In this document: one piece after another, positions 51,101 through 64,000 of the stretch | Layout of the letters: each line of letters begins with the position of its first letter | How positions within the stretch are numbered: position 1 is the first letter of the stretch | DNA from: Camelus dromedarius | Lineage: Eukaryota | Length of the DNA stretch: 64,000 bases | Reading direction: 5' to 3' | NCBI RefSeq assembly: GCF_036321535.1 | Contig: NC_087436.1 | Span: 79,672,001-79,736,000 of the forward strand | Made by a program: the position numbers and the translations under genes | Notes under the pieces: model-generated | The model's input: only the letters and a program-made list of their open reading frames with translations | What the model was told of the DNA's origin: nothing | Database searches by the model: none

Positions 51101-53679
51101 CTTGTAGCCTCTGCAAGTGTACAGGGGCAGCACACTGCTGGGTCTTGTAGAACAAAATATTCCTGTGTCGTTTCAGTGGAGAGACTAATTCTGGATGCTC
51201 AGTCAGCACCCACTGCCCGCAGCCAAGCCTTTTGGTCCTTGGCCTGTGGCTGTCTCGCCATCTCTGTAGGCCAGGGAGAGCATCCTACTATGCACGAAGG
51301 GCATTCCAAGGTCAACATAGTGCTTCAAGCTCCATAAAGAAAGCGGCTATATAAATGGAGGTTCTTGTTAAGATAATAAAGCTCAAAAGGCCACTTTTAA
51401 AAAGGGAGGTCACCTGGAGGGTTACCAGGAAAAGCCAGATGCCCCAGATGTGCTATTTAACCTTCAGTTTTCATAAAATATACACATACTATAGGAATAG
51501 ATCTTCAATTATTTTACTTTTCGAAAATGATGACTCTAACATTGTTTAAATAAATTAAGTCAATTCCTATTATTAGAAGCAAAGTAGCTTGCATTTTACA
51601 GGTGCTGAGGCTGGTAGAAATGGATTAACCAGAAGGCTCATTTAAACGTCTCGCCACTCTTGGCCAAACCGTATGAACTCTTTGGAGTAGGATACAGTTC
51701 CAAGTGTCTACTGTTGTGCATTCATAGTGTAGAGTGCCTCAGTGTATTTCCTTGTTTTGAATAAATTGTGGTATTAAATTCACAGCCTTCCTTCATCAGA
51801 AAGGGAAAATGATTTGACCCTCACATTCCTCAGAGCTGAACTCAAACTTTGGAGACACACTTCAAAGCTCTGTAAATAGTATGAGTAACACTTTGGACCC
51901 TTCTGAGGTGGGAGGGAAATTCCCTTTCTGAAGAACACCCAAGTCTTTAAAAAGAAATGGTCAGGTTTAAATATCTCACTGTTTTTCTTGTTTGAGGCTC
52001 CATGCTGAGGATTTTATTTTCCTTTGCAAAGCTTATGCTGCCCAAGCCCTTTTCTCAGAGGTCAGCTGGCGTTGGTGCGCAGGGCCTGCTCGAAGGTTCG
52101 CTGGAGCAAGTTTATTTGTAGTGTGGCTGGGGGCGGGTTGAAGATTCCATTATGATGCGGGGGGCTCCCCAAGTTTGGAATATCAATGGCACTTCAAAGG
52201 ACTAGAACTGCGAATTAGCAGTCAGGCTTCTTCTCAGGCCCCAGACTAGGATAAAATAACCCACCCAGAGATGTGTTTCAAGGTAGGAAGTGGAGATAAT
52301 TTTCTTCAAGGGCTCTGATTGTAAAGTGGGCACCCCAGGTCTTCAGAGATGTCCTGGCCCCTTTCTGGGCACGAGGGACTGTCATGGATTTTGCAGAAGC
52401 CCCCCAAGGCTCCCAGACTGAAATCTGAAATGTAGTACTGGACACCTTCCCAGCCCAACAAACCTCAATTCCATTAACATTAACGCCTACTGAAAAGGGT
52501 AGCCTTAGGGAAAGGGTAACTCCAACTGTTTAGCCTAACCTTGTTGTTTCCAAAAGGCCCAACACTATATTAATCTCAAGGTTTTCTGAGATATTCTTTT
52601 TCTTTAAAATCCCATCCCCTTGTCTTTCTCCACCTCTGTCTGTCCTGTAGCAAGAATAGAGGAGAAACAAAGTTAGGGCTTTTCCCTCTGAAGTCTCCAA
52701 CATAAGTTCCAGTCTGGCTACTGTCAGGGAAGCAAAACAAAACCGAGCAGAGCCTTGAGCCCTCCCAGCGTTTTGCTACATGGTTATGTTCAAGTAGCTC
52801 TAGAATGATGATCGGTTCAACTCAGAATACTAAGACTTTACAACTCTAGGAATTACCACCCTGTGCCCGTGCCTCTCTCTCCCTGCTAGTATTTAAAACA
52901 AAAAGAAAAATGTGCACAGTGAAGGGGGGGTTGCTTAGGTTGCATTAGTACAAGTGTTTATGTAGACCTGGCTAGTGGTCATGGTCATGGTTGTTTCCCC
53001 AGCCCTGGTGTTCTTCTAATGCCTTGAACATTAGGCTGCCATCTTCCTCTCCTTTAGGAAAGACAAGACAGGGGAGTGGAAGTGCCCTGGACTGGGACTT
53101 CTCTACAACTGTGGTGATTACTCCCTGGTTCCCGATTTTCTCCTTGCCTTGAGGCTTTTTCTTGGCTGGAGTTGAGTGTCAGCACCCCTACACTGGAGAG
53201 CCTCCTTTAAATGGGGCTGCTTCCTGTTTTCATTCATTTATGCTATTTAAATGGCCCCTGGAGGCATTTTGATGTTCAGCTCTTGGTCCAGAATCTCATT
53301 TCTTAGCCCTCACTCTGCTGGTTGTACCTGGAATGCTCATTCTCTTTACCTAGCTGACCTCAAATGGGGTCCTGAAGGTCTCAGTCCTTGTCTTCAATCC
53401 TCTGGGGAGTTTTCTTGACTCTTCCAGCACATCCTGTGTATTCCCTTGGTGTCGTCCCATCATAGCTGCCTAATTATTTACAAGTTACCTCACTGGGCTG
53501 TAAGCTTTATGAGGGTAGAGATTACATCTGTTTCATTCATTCTTATGTCCTGAGTACCTGGCACAGCACCTGGAATCTAGCAGATGCTCGACAAAATTTT
53601 TTGTATTAATTAATTAGTTAACTGATTGATTGATTAATATGAGTCTTCATTCTGAATTTCAGGAGAACGTTAAAAAATT

Positions 53680-55550
53680 TCTCTGAGTATTTATTTTTAA
53701 AATTTCCAACATATTGAAGCATTGACATAATAGCCAAATGAACAGCCCAGTATCCTCCACTTAGATTCAACAATTTAAAATATTTTTCTTTAATCTCTCT
53801 CTCTCTAGAAATGTATGGTTTTTGCTGAACTATTGGAAAGTAAGTTGCAGATATCATGACACTTTAGTGCTAAAGACATCTGCACGCATCTCTTTTTTAA
53901 TTAACAGGTTTACTGAGGTATAATTGATATATAAAAACTGTACATATTTAATGTATACAATTTGATGAGTTTGGACATATGCATATACTTGTGAAACCAC
54001 CATTCAATTAAGGCAATAAACATATCTGTCACCTTCAAAAGGTTCCTTGTATCCCCCTTTTGTGTGTGTGTATATGGTAAGAGCATTTAATGTGACAACT
54101 ACTCTCATGACAATTTTTAGGTGCGCAATACAGTACTGTTAACAATAATGTGCCCAAAGAGATGTTTGCAGATCTCTAGAACTTACTCACCTTGCTTAAC
54201 CAAAACTTTAATCATGAAAAATCTCCCCATCTCCCCCTCCCCCAGGCCCTGGCAACCACCGTTCTACTTTCTGCTTCTATGAATTTGACTAGTTGAGATA
54301 CCTTATATAAGTGGAATCATGCAGTATTTGTCCTTCTGCAACAGGCTTATTTCACTTAGCATAAAGTCCTCCAGGTTCGTCCATATAGTTGCATATGACA
54401 ATTTTCTTTTTTTTTAAGACTGAGTAATAGCATCCATCATATGTATATACCACCTCTTCTTTCTTTATTTGTCTATGGACATTTGAGTTTTCTCCATATT
54501 GTGAATTGTGAACAGGGCTGCAGTGAACACGGGAGTGCAGATACCATTCCAAGATCCTGATTTCTATTCTTTTGGCTGTATACCCAGAAGTGAGACTGCT
54601 AGATAATAAAGTAGTTTTATTTTTAATTTTTTAAGGAGCTTCCATATTTGTACCATTTTACATTCCCATTAGCAGTTCACAAAGTTTCCAATTTCTCCAT
54701 ATCCTTGCCAATATTTATCTTTTTTCTTTTTTTAATAATAGCCATCCTAACAGATGTGAGGTGATATCTCATTGTAGTTTTGATTTGCATTTCCCTGATG
54801 ACTAATGAAGTTGAGCACCTTTTCATATACCTGTTAGCCATCTGTAAATCTTCTTTGGAGAGATGTCTATTCAAGATCTTTGCTCGTTTTTAAAAAATCT
54901 GTCTATTTGTTTCTTGCTATTGAGGTGTTGGAGTTCCTTATATATTTTGGCCATTAACCCCTTTCCAGATATGTAGTTTGCAAATATTTTCTTCCATTTT
55001 GTAGGTTACCTATTTATTCTGTGGTTGTTTCCTTTGCTGTGTGCAGAAACTTTTTGGTTTGATGTAGTACCACTTGTCTCCTTTTGTTTTTGTTGCCTGT
55101 TTTCACATGCATTTTTGAAAAAAACATAGAAAATTTTATTTTTCCTCGTAACATCGTACTATTATTATACCTAAGAATAATTCCACAATGTAATTTAATA
55201 TCCAGTTCATATTCAAATTTCACCAAATGTCCCCACAAATTATCTTTAAAAAATTGAGGTAAAATTCACAAATTCACAAAACATAAAATTAACCATTTTA
55301 AAGTGTATATTCAGTGGCATTTAGTGTATTCACAATGTTATACAACCATCACTTCTATTGTGTTCTAAAATGTTTTTATTCCCCCCAGATGGAGATGCAC
55401 CCCATTACACAGTTGCTCCCTATTCTGCCTCCCCTGAGTCCCTAGCCACTACAAATTTACTTTTTGTCTCTATTGATTTACTTATTCTGAATATTTTATA
55501 TAAACAGAATCGTCCAATATGTAACACTTCATGTCCTTCTAAATTGTATC
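53680..55550 (-). mobile_element. Cluster of older L1 3' fragments (main piece ~53895-55100)
   Basis: [40 protein letters not shown] at 54677-54874; L1MA/MB/MC-like 3'UTR sequences. Confidence 0.85.
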
Positions 55551-57459
55551 TATTTTTTAAAAATTTAAATATGAATAGAAATAAAAACTGTTGACGCAGT
55601 ACACCTTCCTCTAATGATTGTTTTAAAATTACAAGATTTCATTTTGATCTCAAGCCTGCCTGGGCACCCCCTTATCTCCTCCTCAGTTACAACAAAGGAA
55701 AACATCTGTGTTGACTGAGACCTGCGCAGTCTGCAACTCAAGAAAAGGGGCCAATGATTTTGCCCCCAACCTTTTGTAGCTCTTAAGGGTGTTAGGAAAG
55801 GCTGAACCTAGGCTATGAACTAGTCTCTGTCTTTCCTGCAAAGATGCTGGCCAGTAGGAGTGGAGACACTTAGTGACTGATTGTAGGCACAGCCAATTGT
55901 CAGGCTAGCTCAGATTGACACGGGTGGCAGTGATATATTTGTTTAAAAGGAAGTACTTTTCTTTAGGACTAATTCTTATGACCAGAATGAATCATAATTC
56001 TACATGATCAGTCTGTATCAGTTATCTTCTTTGCTTCAGTTGTCAAAGTTACATTCTGCAATATTCTTTGCTCTATAAAGGAAAGCACTTTTGAGAGAGA
56101 GAGGGTAATAACCACTTCCCCTCTTAACCTGCCTTCCTCATCCACCCTCTTGTGCTTTCCCAGGGCGACTTCCTGTGCTCAGGAGTTAATTTCAACTGGC
56201 TCCTTTGGCCGAGCACCAGCTCAGGACTCATCTGCACTGTTTATTACTGGGCATGACAGTTTGAAAGAGTGGCAAGAGGTTCATAGGTTTGGAGGAACTG
56301 CTTGGCTTAGCGTTTAACATTCTGAGCAAATTTCCATGGCTTTGAATGGCTGTGTGTGGTTTGTAGGTCCAGTGTGAATGGCAGGAAGGGCAAACACCTG
56401 CCATCATGCTCCTACCGCCTTGTTCCTCTGCCCGTGATAGATGTCATCAGTTGGTGCAGAACTTTTTCGCCTTGAGCTTAAGCACTGTCCCAGGATATTT
56501 CTCAACAAAGGCTTCCAGGGAGCCATTCAATGGGACTTTGCATTCAGGAGGAAACCTCTTCTTCTTCCCACTTCTGTGGTATGGTCTTCCTAGTTCTCAG
56601 TCTGTCAGAATAAACATGGACTCTGAGTGTTACAAATTAAAGCATATCTCCACGGGAGGCCAAGAGTGTTTATGTTTATTGGTTGAACTCCCATCTCCAG
56701 TAAGTCTTTAAAATGCTAATCCTACAGCTTGCTGGAGCAAAATTTATAGCAAAAATAATTATGTGAGAAGGTAGTGCGATACATAATTAATATTCAAAAG
56801 TAGACTTCTGTAAATTTTCATGCCAAGGTGCCTCACTTCCCTAGAGATCTGACACTGGAAGTGATGTTTTTCTAAAATAAAATTTATTACGGGATCTGGT
56901 TTTTTGAGGTCTCACTAAATAACAATGCAGTGTCACATGCCCTGATAAGCATGGAAATCAGTGACGGTTTGGGAGTGGGAAAATCTAAGTGCAAACTGAA
57001 GGAGAAATTTGGGTAGATCTTCTAGGGCAGAATCAGTGGAGACCACTTTATTCGGCTTCTTGGTACTTGTGCCCCGGCCACTAAAGTTTATAGTAGCCTG
57101 TTTCCTGATAGCTGATATTTTCATGGGAGCAAAAGCAAGAGTCTGTGACCTGGAGTGAAATAAAAATGAAGTTTTTAGTCTTCCCAGGAGTCCTTTTAGT
57201 GTTGTGAAGTTGTACCTTGGTTTTAGTGGCTGTGTATTTGATGAGTAGTTCATGAAGAAGAAATACAAATTTTAATCTGATTGAACCACGGGGTCAAAAT
57301 GGATTCTATGTGAGCGAAAAAAAAATTCCCTTTATTTTGGTCCCTTTTTTCTTTTCATCCATTGATTTGTATTATTCTGCCGTATTTTATTATTGTTATA
57401 GGCCATCTTAAATCTAGTTTTGGACAAACTAGGTTATACATAAGTGATCAATAGTAATG

Positions 57460-57700
57460 ACAACTACAGTAAGCTGCTGTGTATAGAGTGCTCGCTTTAT
57501 TTTAGACTCTGTTCTAAGTGCTTAACAATACTGTTTTATTTTAATCTGCCCTCAGTTCTGTGAGGAAGGTATTTCTATTTCCATTTGATACAGAGGTAAA
57601 CTGAACTTCAGAGACGTTATATGCCTGCTAAACAACGGACTGGGGATTTGAACCCAGATCCTTCTGATTTGGAAGCCTGCATCCTTAACCACTGCACTGG
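57460..57700 (-). mobile_element. MIR
   Basis: CCATTTGATACAGAGGTAAACTGAACTTCAGAGAC..GGGATTTGAACCCAGATC..CTTAACCACTGCACT. Confidence 0.75.
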
Positions 57701-60227
57701 ACTTCTCCATGTGCAGTTGGTGATGGTCCTTAGTCACTGTGTTTTTCGTCACATGTTGCCTGCATCCACGTAAGCAATTTGCTTGTTTCTCTGAATCTTC
57801 CACTGAGCGGAATCCCATTGGTTTCACCAGGGTTACTGTGGTAAGATATGCTCTGATTTCACTCTATCCCTTCTGGATATTATTACGTTAAATAAATTTA
57901 GGAAAGTAATTGATCTGACTGTACTGTATGCTGAAAAGCATTTACATCTAAGTTTGCGTCCTATTAAAAAAACAATAGAAAAAAATGCCAAACCTTGAGA
58001 TGACCAATGCTGAGAAAAGTAGCGAAATAACTCTTCATGGTGTGTTTACGTTTTCACACTGTCTATTAGCCACTTTGTTTTATGTGGCCAGCAGATGTTG
58101 GGACTTACAGCACCTGCTAAGACAAGTTGATTCTTTATGACTGAAGCCTAGTCCCATCTTTGTGGGATTTTATGTCCCCCCTGCTGCCTTGCTGGGGCCC
58201 AGTGGAATCTGTGCTCTTAGTTCATTAGTGCAGCCAGAGTCTGTGGTGGGTCTCGGAGTTTCCATTCAAGAGGATCTGCTGGGCCTGCTTTGATAGCGCA
58301 GCCAAGCAACTGCTGGTTGCAATGTAAAAAATGCCAGAGGCTTCTTTTCTGTGTAGAAAAATCATCTGAAAGCCCAATAGCAGGAGAAAAGCACACGTTT
58401 TTCTTGCAATAAAACCTTAAAAACAAGTTTGGGAAAGAGGGCGTAGACAACAAATGTGCCCTGTTTCCGTCTGTCCTTTCCTAAATGAATGCACCTGCAT
58501 TTGGAAAAACTGCCTTTTCGGTTTTTCCCCATGGCAGAAACGTTTGACACAGGTTTACAAATACTTTGTGAGTGATATGCCAACCTATTTAGTTTTCCTA
58601 CATCAGAAGTCATGTTGGAGAAACAATTAAGGCCGTATTTCTCCACGAAAATGCAATGAAAACCGGAGGCCACATGTGAGTTGCAAGTGACTTTTCCTCC
58701 CTTTGGTTATTTTGGATGATTGTTTTAGTTTTCCACTTTATTCTTCCCTTTTCTATGACCATTCCCAGCTAAAAATTAATAATTTCATCTCAATTCTCTA
58801 CTTTCCTTTTCTGCTTAAATAAGGCTTTACATGAAATGAAGGAATTTTAGACAGTATATGTGCAGGAGTCCAGTGAATAAAAAGACAATTCCAAGAATCA
58901 TTTAAACATTATTTTTAAGAGAAAACACTCATGTAAAAATGTTATGAAATCATAATGTGTGCACTTAAAATGATGATTAGGGAAATTTTTGATTTGTCAT
59001 TTTCCAATCACTTTTCTCATATGTTATAAAGTGTTTTGCAAGATACTAATTTAATTCCTATTTTTCCACCATATTTTGTGGCTGGGAGGGAGTATAAAGA
59101 GAGACAAGGAAGAGTTGGATAAAAACTTGTGAAGAGGGAATGAAGTTGGTGACTCCATCTTCTCTTCTTCCACACCCCTAATTTGACTTTTTGGGGCCAA
59201 AAGGGTAGAATATATTTGAGCTCTGGGGAAATTCTATACAAGTTTAGTAGCCTTGCAGGTAGAGTCCTCCAGTTCTGTGGGACCACAATGTCAGGAGAAT
59301 CTTAAATAGAGAGGTCTTGTCTTTTATAATTTCTTTTTTATCTTGGTCTCCTAGCATATCCAACGGAGCTAGCCCACCATCTGCATGGCATCCTTCCTCC
59401 AGGCTGAGATAAAAAGACATGTCCACTTGAACAAAAGCTGCTAGTTAAATGTTCTTTGGTTGAGATTTGTTTGTGTTTTAAAATAGTAATGGCTTCTTTC
59501 TTTTTGTGCCTCAGTCTTAGATCCAAGGACTAGCCCTATTTATTTAGCATATAAGGCCCACTGTGTCTTTCTTGTTCACTCCTTAGAAAAATATAGAATG
59601 GCAGAGGAGGGTCACATCATAAAATAACACAAAAGCTTCTAGAAGAACTAGGGAAAAAGGAGAGTGAAATATGCTTATGTTGTTCAATGGTCCGAAGGTT
59701 TCTTTTGAGGTTGGCTTGCTGCCCTACCACCCATATGTCTTCCAAGGGCGATTCTCGTCATAGTAGCCCTCGCCAGAGATGGGCAGAAGTGGCCAGAGCA
59801 GTAGTGTGAGATCTCAGGTGATGCTGAGGAGCTTTTCTCTGAATTTACGTTTGTAGGAGAGAATTGCAATGGCAATTTTTAGTTTCTCCCTAAGACGGCA
59901 ATAAGATACTTTTGCAAAATAACCACTGAAACTTTCATTTGCAATGAGATACTTAAATTATTAGCGTATAGATTTTTATATTTTTCAGAGGGCAGGGAGG
60001 ATCTTGGCAGTGATTAATTATATGTTATTACAGTTTCTCCAACAAATAAGGCAGAACTAAATAAAGTCTTGTTGAAATGTGTTTATTCTGAAAATAAAAT
60101 CAAGTTCCAGTGAGTGATTGAATAAAAGCAGATCAGCCATTTCCATTTTCTTTACTTATCAATTAGGAAATGAGTTTCAAAAATAATAATGACTACTGTT
60201 GATGAGAGTGTGGCAGAAGCCAATCTT

Positions 60228-60374
60228 TTTTAATTGAAGTACAGCCAATTTACAATGCTGTGTTAGTTTCTTGTGTACAGCAGAGTGGTTCCGTTATAAA
60301 CACATATATATTCCTTTTCATACTCTTTTTCATTATAAGCTATTACAAGGTATTGAATACAATTCCCTACGCTA
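60228..60374 (-). mobile_element. Short L1 3'UTR insertion within an older plus-strand L1M fragment (~60190-60900)
   Basis: Degenerate TSD CAGAAGCCAATCTT (60214-60227) / CAGAAGTTAATCTT (60375-60388); L1 3' end sequence. Confidence 0.7.
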
Positions 60375-62287
60375 CAGAAGTTAATCTTGATACAACTCTT
60401 TGGTGGAGTGGACTTGGCAGTTTAAAGCATTTTACCACTTAAACCAGCAATCTCACTTTTAATAATGTATTCTAATGAAATAGAAACGTGCATAGAGATT
60501 TATGACTATTGAGCACAGTGTTTCTAATAATAAAATGTTGAAAATAACTAGTCCTACAATAGGGGACAAGTTAAATAATTGATTATATATTCATATTCTG
60601 AAAACTGTGTTTTTAAGAATGAAATAGTAAAATAATATTCAATGTCATGGAAAGTTTCAGAGTATATTGTTATGTGAAAGCAAAAGCAGGTTACAAAACA
60701 GTATCCATAGCATGATTCTAATTTGTGGGAAAAAAATGCATAGGAAAACTATTGGAATGTTGATAGTTGCTAACTTTGGGGTGCATGGATTATGATTTAC
60801 AATTTTTGCTTTAATTGTGTTTTTATGCATTTTCCAAGTATTTTGCATCAGACACATGTTTACTATGTAATTTGAATAGAAATGAATAAATGCTATAAAA
60901 AATGGTCTGGAAGTCTGGTTACCTGGTGGCAAATCACTAAAACTTTCTGGACCTGAGATTGTAAAGTCAGCCTGTTGAATAGATGAGCCTATGGTTAGCT
61001 CTGTGAATCTGTGATGTCAGGTTTTTCAGCAGGAGTAACATCTTCTGTTAAACTCTTTGTCATTTTGGCTAACAGATATTGAAGGAGAAAGTAAAAGGCA
61101 TTATTCATTTTTAAGCATTTGGCATATTTCCAAAACACTGAGTCAATTTAACATGATTACTTTTTCATAATTATAATTTCAGAAATGCTTTAACTTTAGT
61201 TTCAGCCATTCTTTAGTGAGCTACCTATATTCCCTGGCTGTAAACTTGAGGACTTAAAGGATGGTAGACAAACATTGAGGCATGTTGGATTCCCGCTACT
61301 TAAAGAAAGTAGATTGGATTCTTTAGAATCCAAAGTGGAGAACACTTCTTTGAAGTAAGTTCTTCTCTGGTAATAGAAGTAATTGCCACCAATGTCTATT
61401 ATGGTAGTTGCTTTGCTCATACGAAGGTTCAGGAGGGGCCCATTGGCATAATGGAGTTATCAGTTTCTTCTAAATGGCTATTGGCCACAAGCTACAGGGA
61501 CTTTTTGGGGAGACCCAAGGACAACAACAAGATGGTGCCTGGAACGTGTGGTAGAACTGACAGCTGTGCTTTGTTACAAGCCGGTGAAGCACACTGCTAT
61601 CAGCCCCTCTAGACTGACTGTGCCTCTTGAGTTGCTGTTTGCTCTTATTTCTGCGATGACATACGTATTATTCTGATAGGTGATATAATGTGTAAAATCT
61701 TCATCCCAATTTTGAACCATCAAAGACATTATTTTATATAATATTAAGAGAGGATTAGGATTAAAAAAATTGTTTTTGCTTAGATTTCTCATTCTCCTTC
61801 CTATGCTTCTGCACTACCTCTGTTGTTTACTCTGCTAGAAATTAGATATATGCATATAATTTTAATTAAATTTTTAGTCAGCCATTTTGGTTTTCATCCT
61901 CCATGTCCCTAGACTATTGATTTTTCAGTTCAGGGCCTCAGGTGACATTTTCTGGCACATAACTCGGGGTGTATATTGACGTTTCCTTTGAAGCATGGAA
62001 GAGTAGCTTCTAAGATGCCTCTGAGGAGCTTGACTTCTTCCAGGTCCCACCTGGGTCCAAGGCTGCAGGAGATAATGGTAGCATTTTGATTGGACCAGAG
62101 CTTCTACTCTGCAGAGTTACAGGAGCTGAAACCTGTCACCAGCTTGACACTTCAGTTACCCCTGACTGACTCAATAGGACTAGGATGGGGAAGAAGAAAG
62201 GGAGGAAAATAAGAATGGTGCTGCACTGAGGAAGGCAGTCTTATAAACTGAATTATAGATTTTGAGAGGTAGGATAATGTCAAGAAG

Positions 62288-62779
62288 TGTGAAGCGTCTG
62301 AGATTTTGTCCTGCATACATGCTAACGTGTTAGCCTGCCGTAGTTTCATGGATGTTGGGAGAAGACGTGAGACTACCGGAACAGAGACAACAGACCTTAT
62401 CACTCACAGCAAGCAAGCAGCATGGACTTCATGTTCCTGTTTATTCCCCTTGACCGCGCCCCACCTCCAAAAGTCCCCTGGGGGCATTTGGAGGGATGCA
62501 GATACATGCTGCTTACACAATGGCTTTGTGTCACTGCCTAAGAACCCCGTGCTTAGAAAAGTCACAGTTTTTACAACAGGCTGCAAGTAAACTGTCCAAC
62601 CTTTGCCCTGTAGTATTTTTATTAAACAGTTAGTACATCTGTCCTTTGCTTGCATAGAGATAATATCTCTATCTTTCAAGGCTGTTCACTATATAAGCAT
62701 CCTTTAAAAGGTAACCCGGAACCAAAGCCTGGTTAGTGCTTCTGCTCATAAGATGTGCGGAAAAAATTCTCTCCCAACA
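62288..62779. mobile_element. ERV-type solo LTR (family not assigned)
   Basis: TGT...ACA termini, ~490 bp; start TGTGAAGCGTCTGAGATTTT..GTTAGCCTGCCGTAGTTTCATGGATG resembles eutherian ERV LTRs; TSD not retained. Confidence 0.6.
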
Positions 62780-63603
62780 AATAAAACCATGAGTACTTGG
62801 CTGTGTACAGTAAAAGGCAGATGCTACCCTTGAAAAGAGAAAATACTGGCCAGTCAAGGACTAAACAGAAGATTTGGCCAGTCAAGGACTAAGATTCAAC
62901 TGGTAGTTGAATCTTAAGTTCATGCAGCCTAATAACATCCCAGAAGACTATGACCCCCACCTAACCAGCAACATTTTCATGGGAGCCAATGGAAAAAGGC
63001 AGTAAGGTCCTGGACACTAAGGCTCATACCTCAATGTAATCACCTCTTCTGTCCATTTTGAAAATCTAGTAGAAAAATTTGCCTCATGGCTGTATCAATT
63101 TATTTCTCATCAAAAAAAAAACTTTTCTATTTTTTAAATCCTAGACTGTTACACTTACAGATTAAAAAAAACTAGGAGCAATAACATGTTGTCTATATTA
63201 GCAGTTATGATAAAAACACTTTCTTCCTAAGCCTCCTTATAGTTTAAGGATGGAGCAAATGTAGGCAGAATATTATAACAGATCAAAAGTTAACCCTAAG
63301 AGGCACTGAGGCCTCTTCACCACCTTTGAAATGTTCATGCTTTTTCATTCATTCATGTACTTATTGTTTTTATACTCTATTTCAAAAAAGTATTCAAATA
63401 CAATGACAGGAAATGGAAAAATGTCCATTAAAATAAGGAAAAGAGAACACATAGTTTTCTAAGAAATTAAATTTTAGATAACTGCTACCATTGGTTGACC
63501 AGTAATTGTGTACTGCACTGGTCACTGCACCATTATTTATGGCAGCAAAAAAATGGTAAAGAAACTAAAAAGAAAATATCCCCAAATAAGGAATAGGTTA
63601 AAT

Positions 63604-63803
63604 AGGGGTTTCTCAACATTGGCACTGTTGACATTTTGGGCTGGGTAATTCCTCTTACGGGACTGTCCTGTGCATTGTAAGATGCTTAACAATATCCCTG
63701 GCCTCTACCCTCTGGATCCCAGTAGCATTGACCCCATTTGTGACAGTCTAGACATTGTCAGATGTCTCCTGGGGGGCAAAATTGTCCCTGTTGAGAAATA
63801 CTG
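63604..63803 (-). mobile_element. MER20 (hAT-Charlie MITE) with intact 8-bp TSD
   Basis: TSD GGTTAAAT at 63596-63603 and 63804-63811; MER20 core and TIRs. Confidence 0.88.
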
Positions 63804-63844
63804 GGTTAAATAAGTATACAAGTTGTACTAAATTTCTAGAGTTG

Positions 63845-64000
63845 ACATCACAAATCATCACAAAACAAGCATCTTTAAACAACAGAAATTTATTCTCTTG
63901 CAGTTTTGGAGGCTGGACATCTGAAATCCAAGTGCTGGGGAAATCAATTCTTTTTGGAGGTTTTGAGGGAGAATCTGTTGCATGTCTCTATCCAAGCTTC
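63845..64000 (-). mobile_element. MaLR (MLT1) LTR, cut by the window end
   Basis: TTAAACAACAGAAATTTATTCTCTTGCAGTTTTGGAGGCTGGACATCTGAAATCCAAG. Confidence 0.75.

Noticed and set aside
339..62857. Remaining 60-140 aa ORFs in the track
   Set aside because: Random-length ORFs, many with non-ATG starts and lying in MIR/L2/LTR/L1 remnants; no recognisable domains
62847..62892. CRISPR-like repeat-spacer-repeat (also 42118-42319)
   Set aside because: Only two to three units, wrong spacer size, mammalian context, no cas genes

Overview
Eukaryotic (eutherian mammal) genomic DNA, probably camelid. That call is inferred from tRNA-Ala-derived Vic-1-like SINEs and the absence of recognisable Alu, B1/B2, Bov-A/BovB or Can-SINEs. 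No host protein-coding exon could be supported, and every long ORF belongs to LINE-1. The main element is a full-length young L1 (4001-11120, minus strand, 15-bp TSD) with an open ORF1 and a disabled ORF2. A ~99% identical 5'-truncated copy (22197-25164, 16-bp TSD) is nested inside an older L1. The rest comprises short L1 3' tails with TSDs, ancient L1M/L2/MIR, MaLR/ERV LTRs and hAT/Tigger DNA-transposon fossils. These are interspersed with repeat-free, homeodomain/FOX-motif-rich blocks that look like conserved non-coding enhancers (strongest ~30.2-31.3 kb and 32.6-32.9 kb). The strong minus-strand bias of L1s suggests a large intron of a plus-strand gene that I cannot name. I found no convincing novel multi-gene system. 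The most unusual signals are inside the young L1 family: a 404-bp inter-ORF spacer carrying a 107-codon ATG ORF that overlaps the ORF2 start, family-wide in-frame deletions in the ORF2 C-terminal region, and a long antisense ORF in the 5'UTR. Old-repeat boundaries and subfamily names are by-eye approximations.
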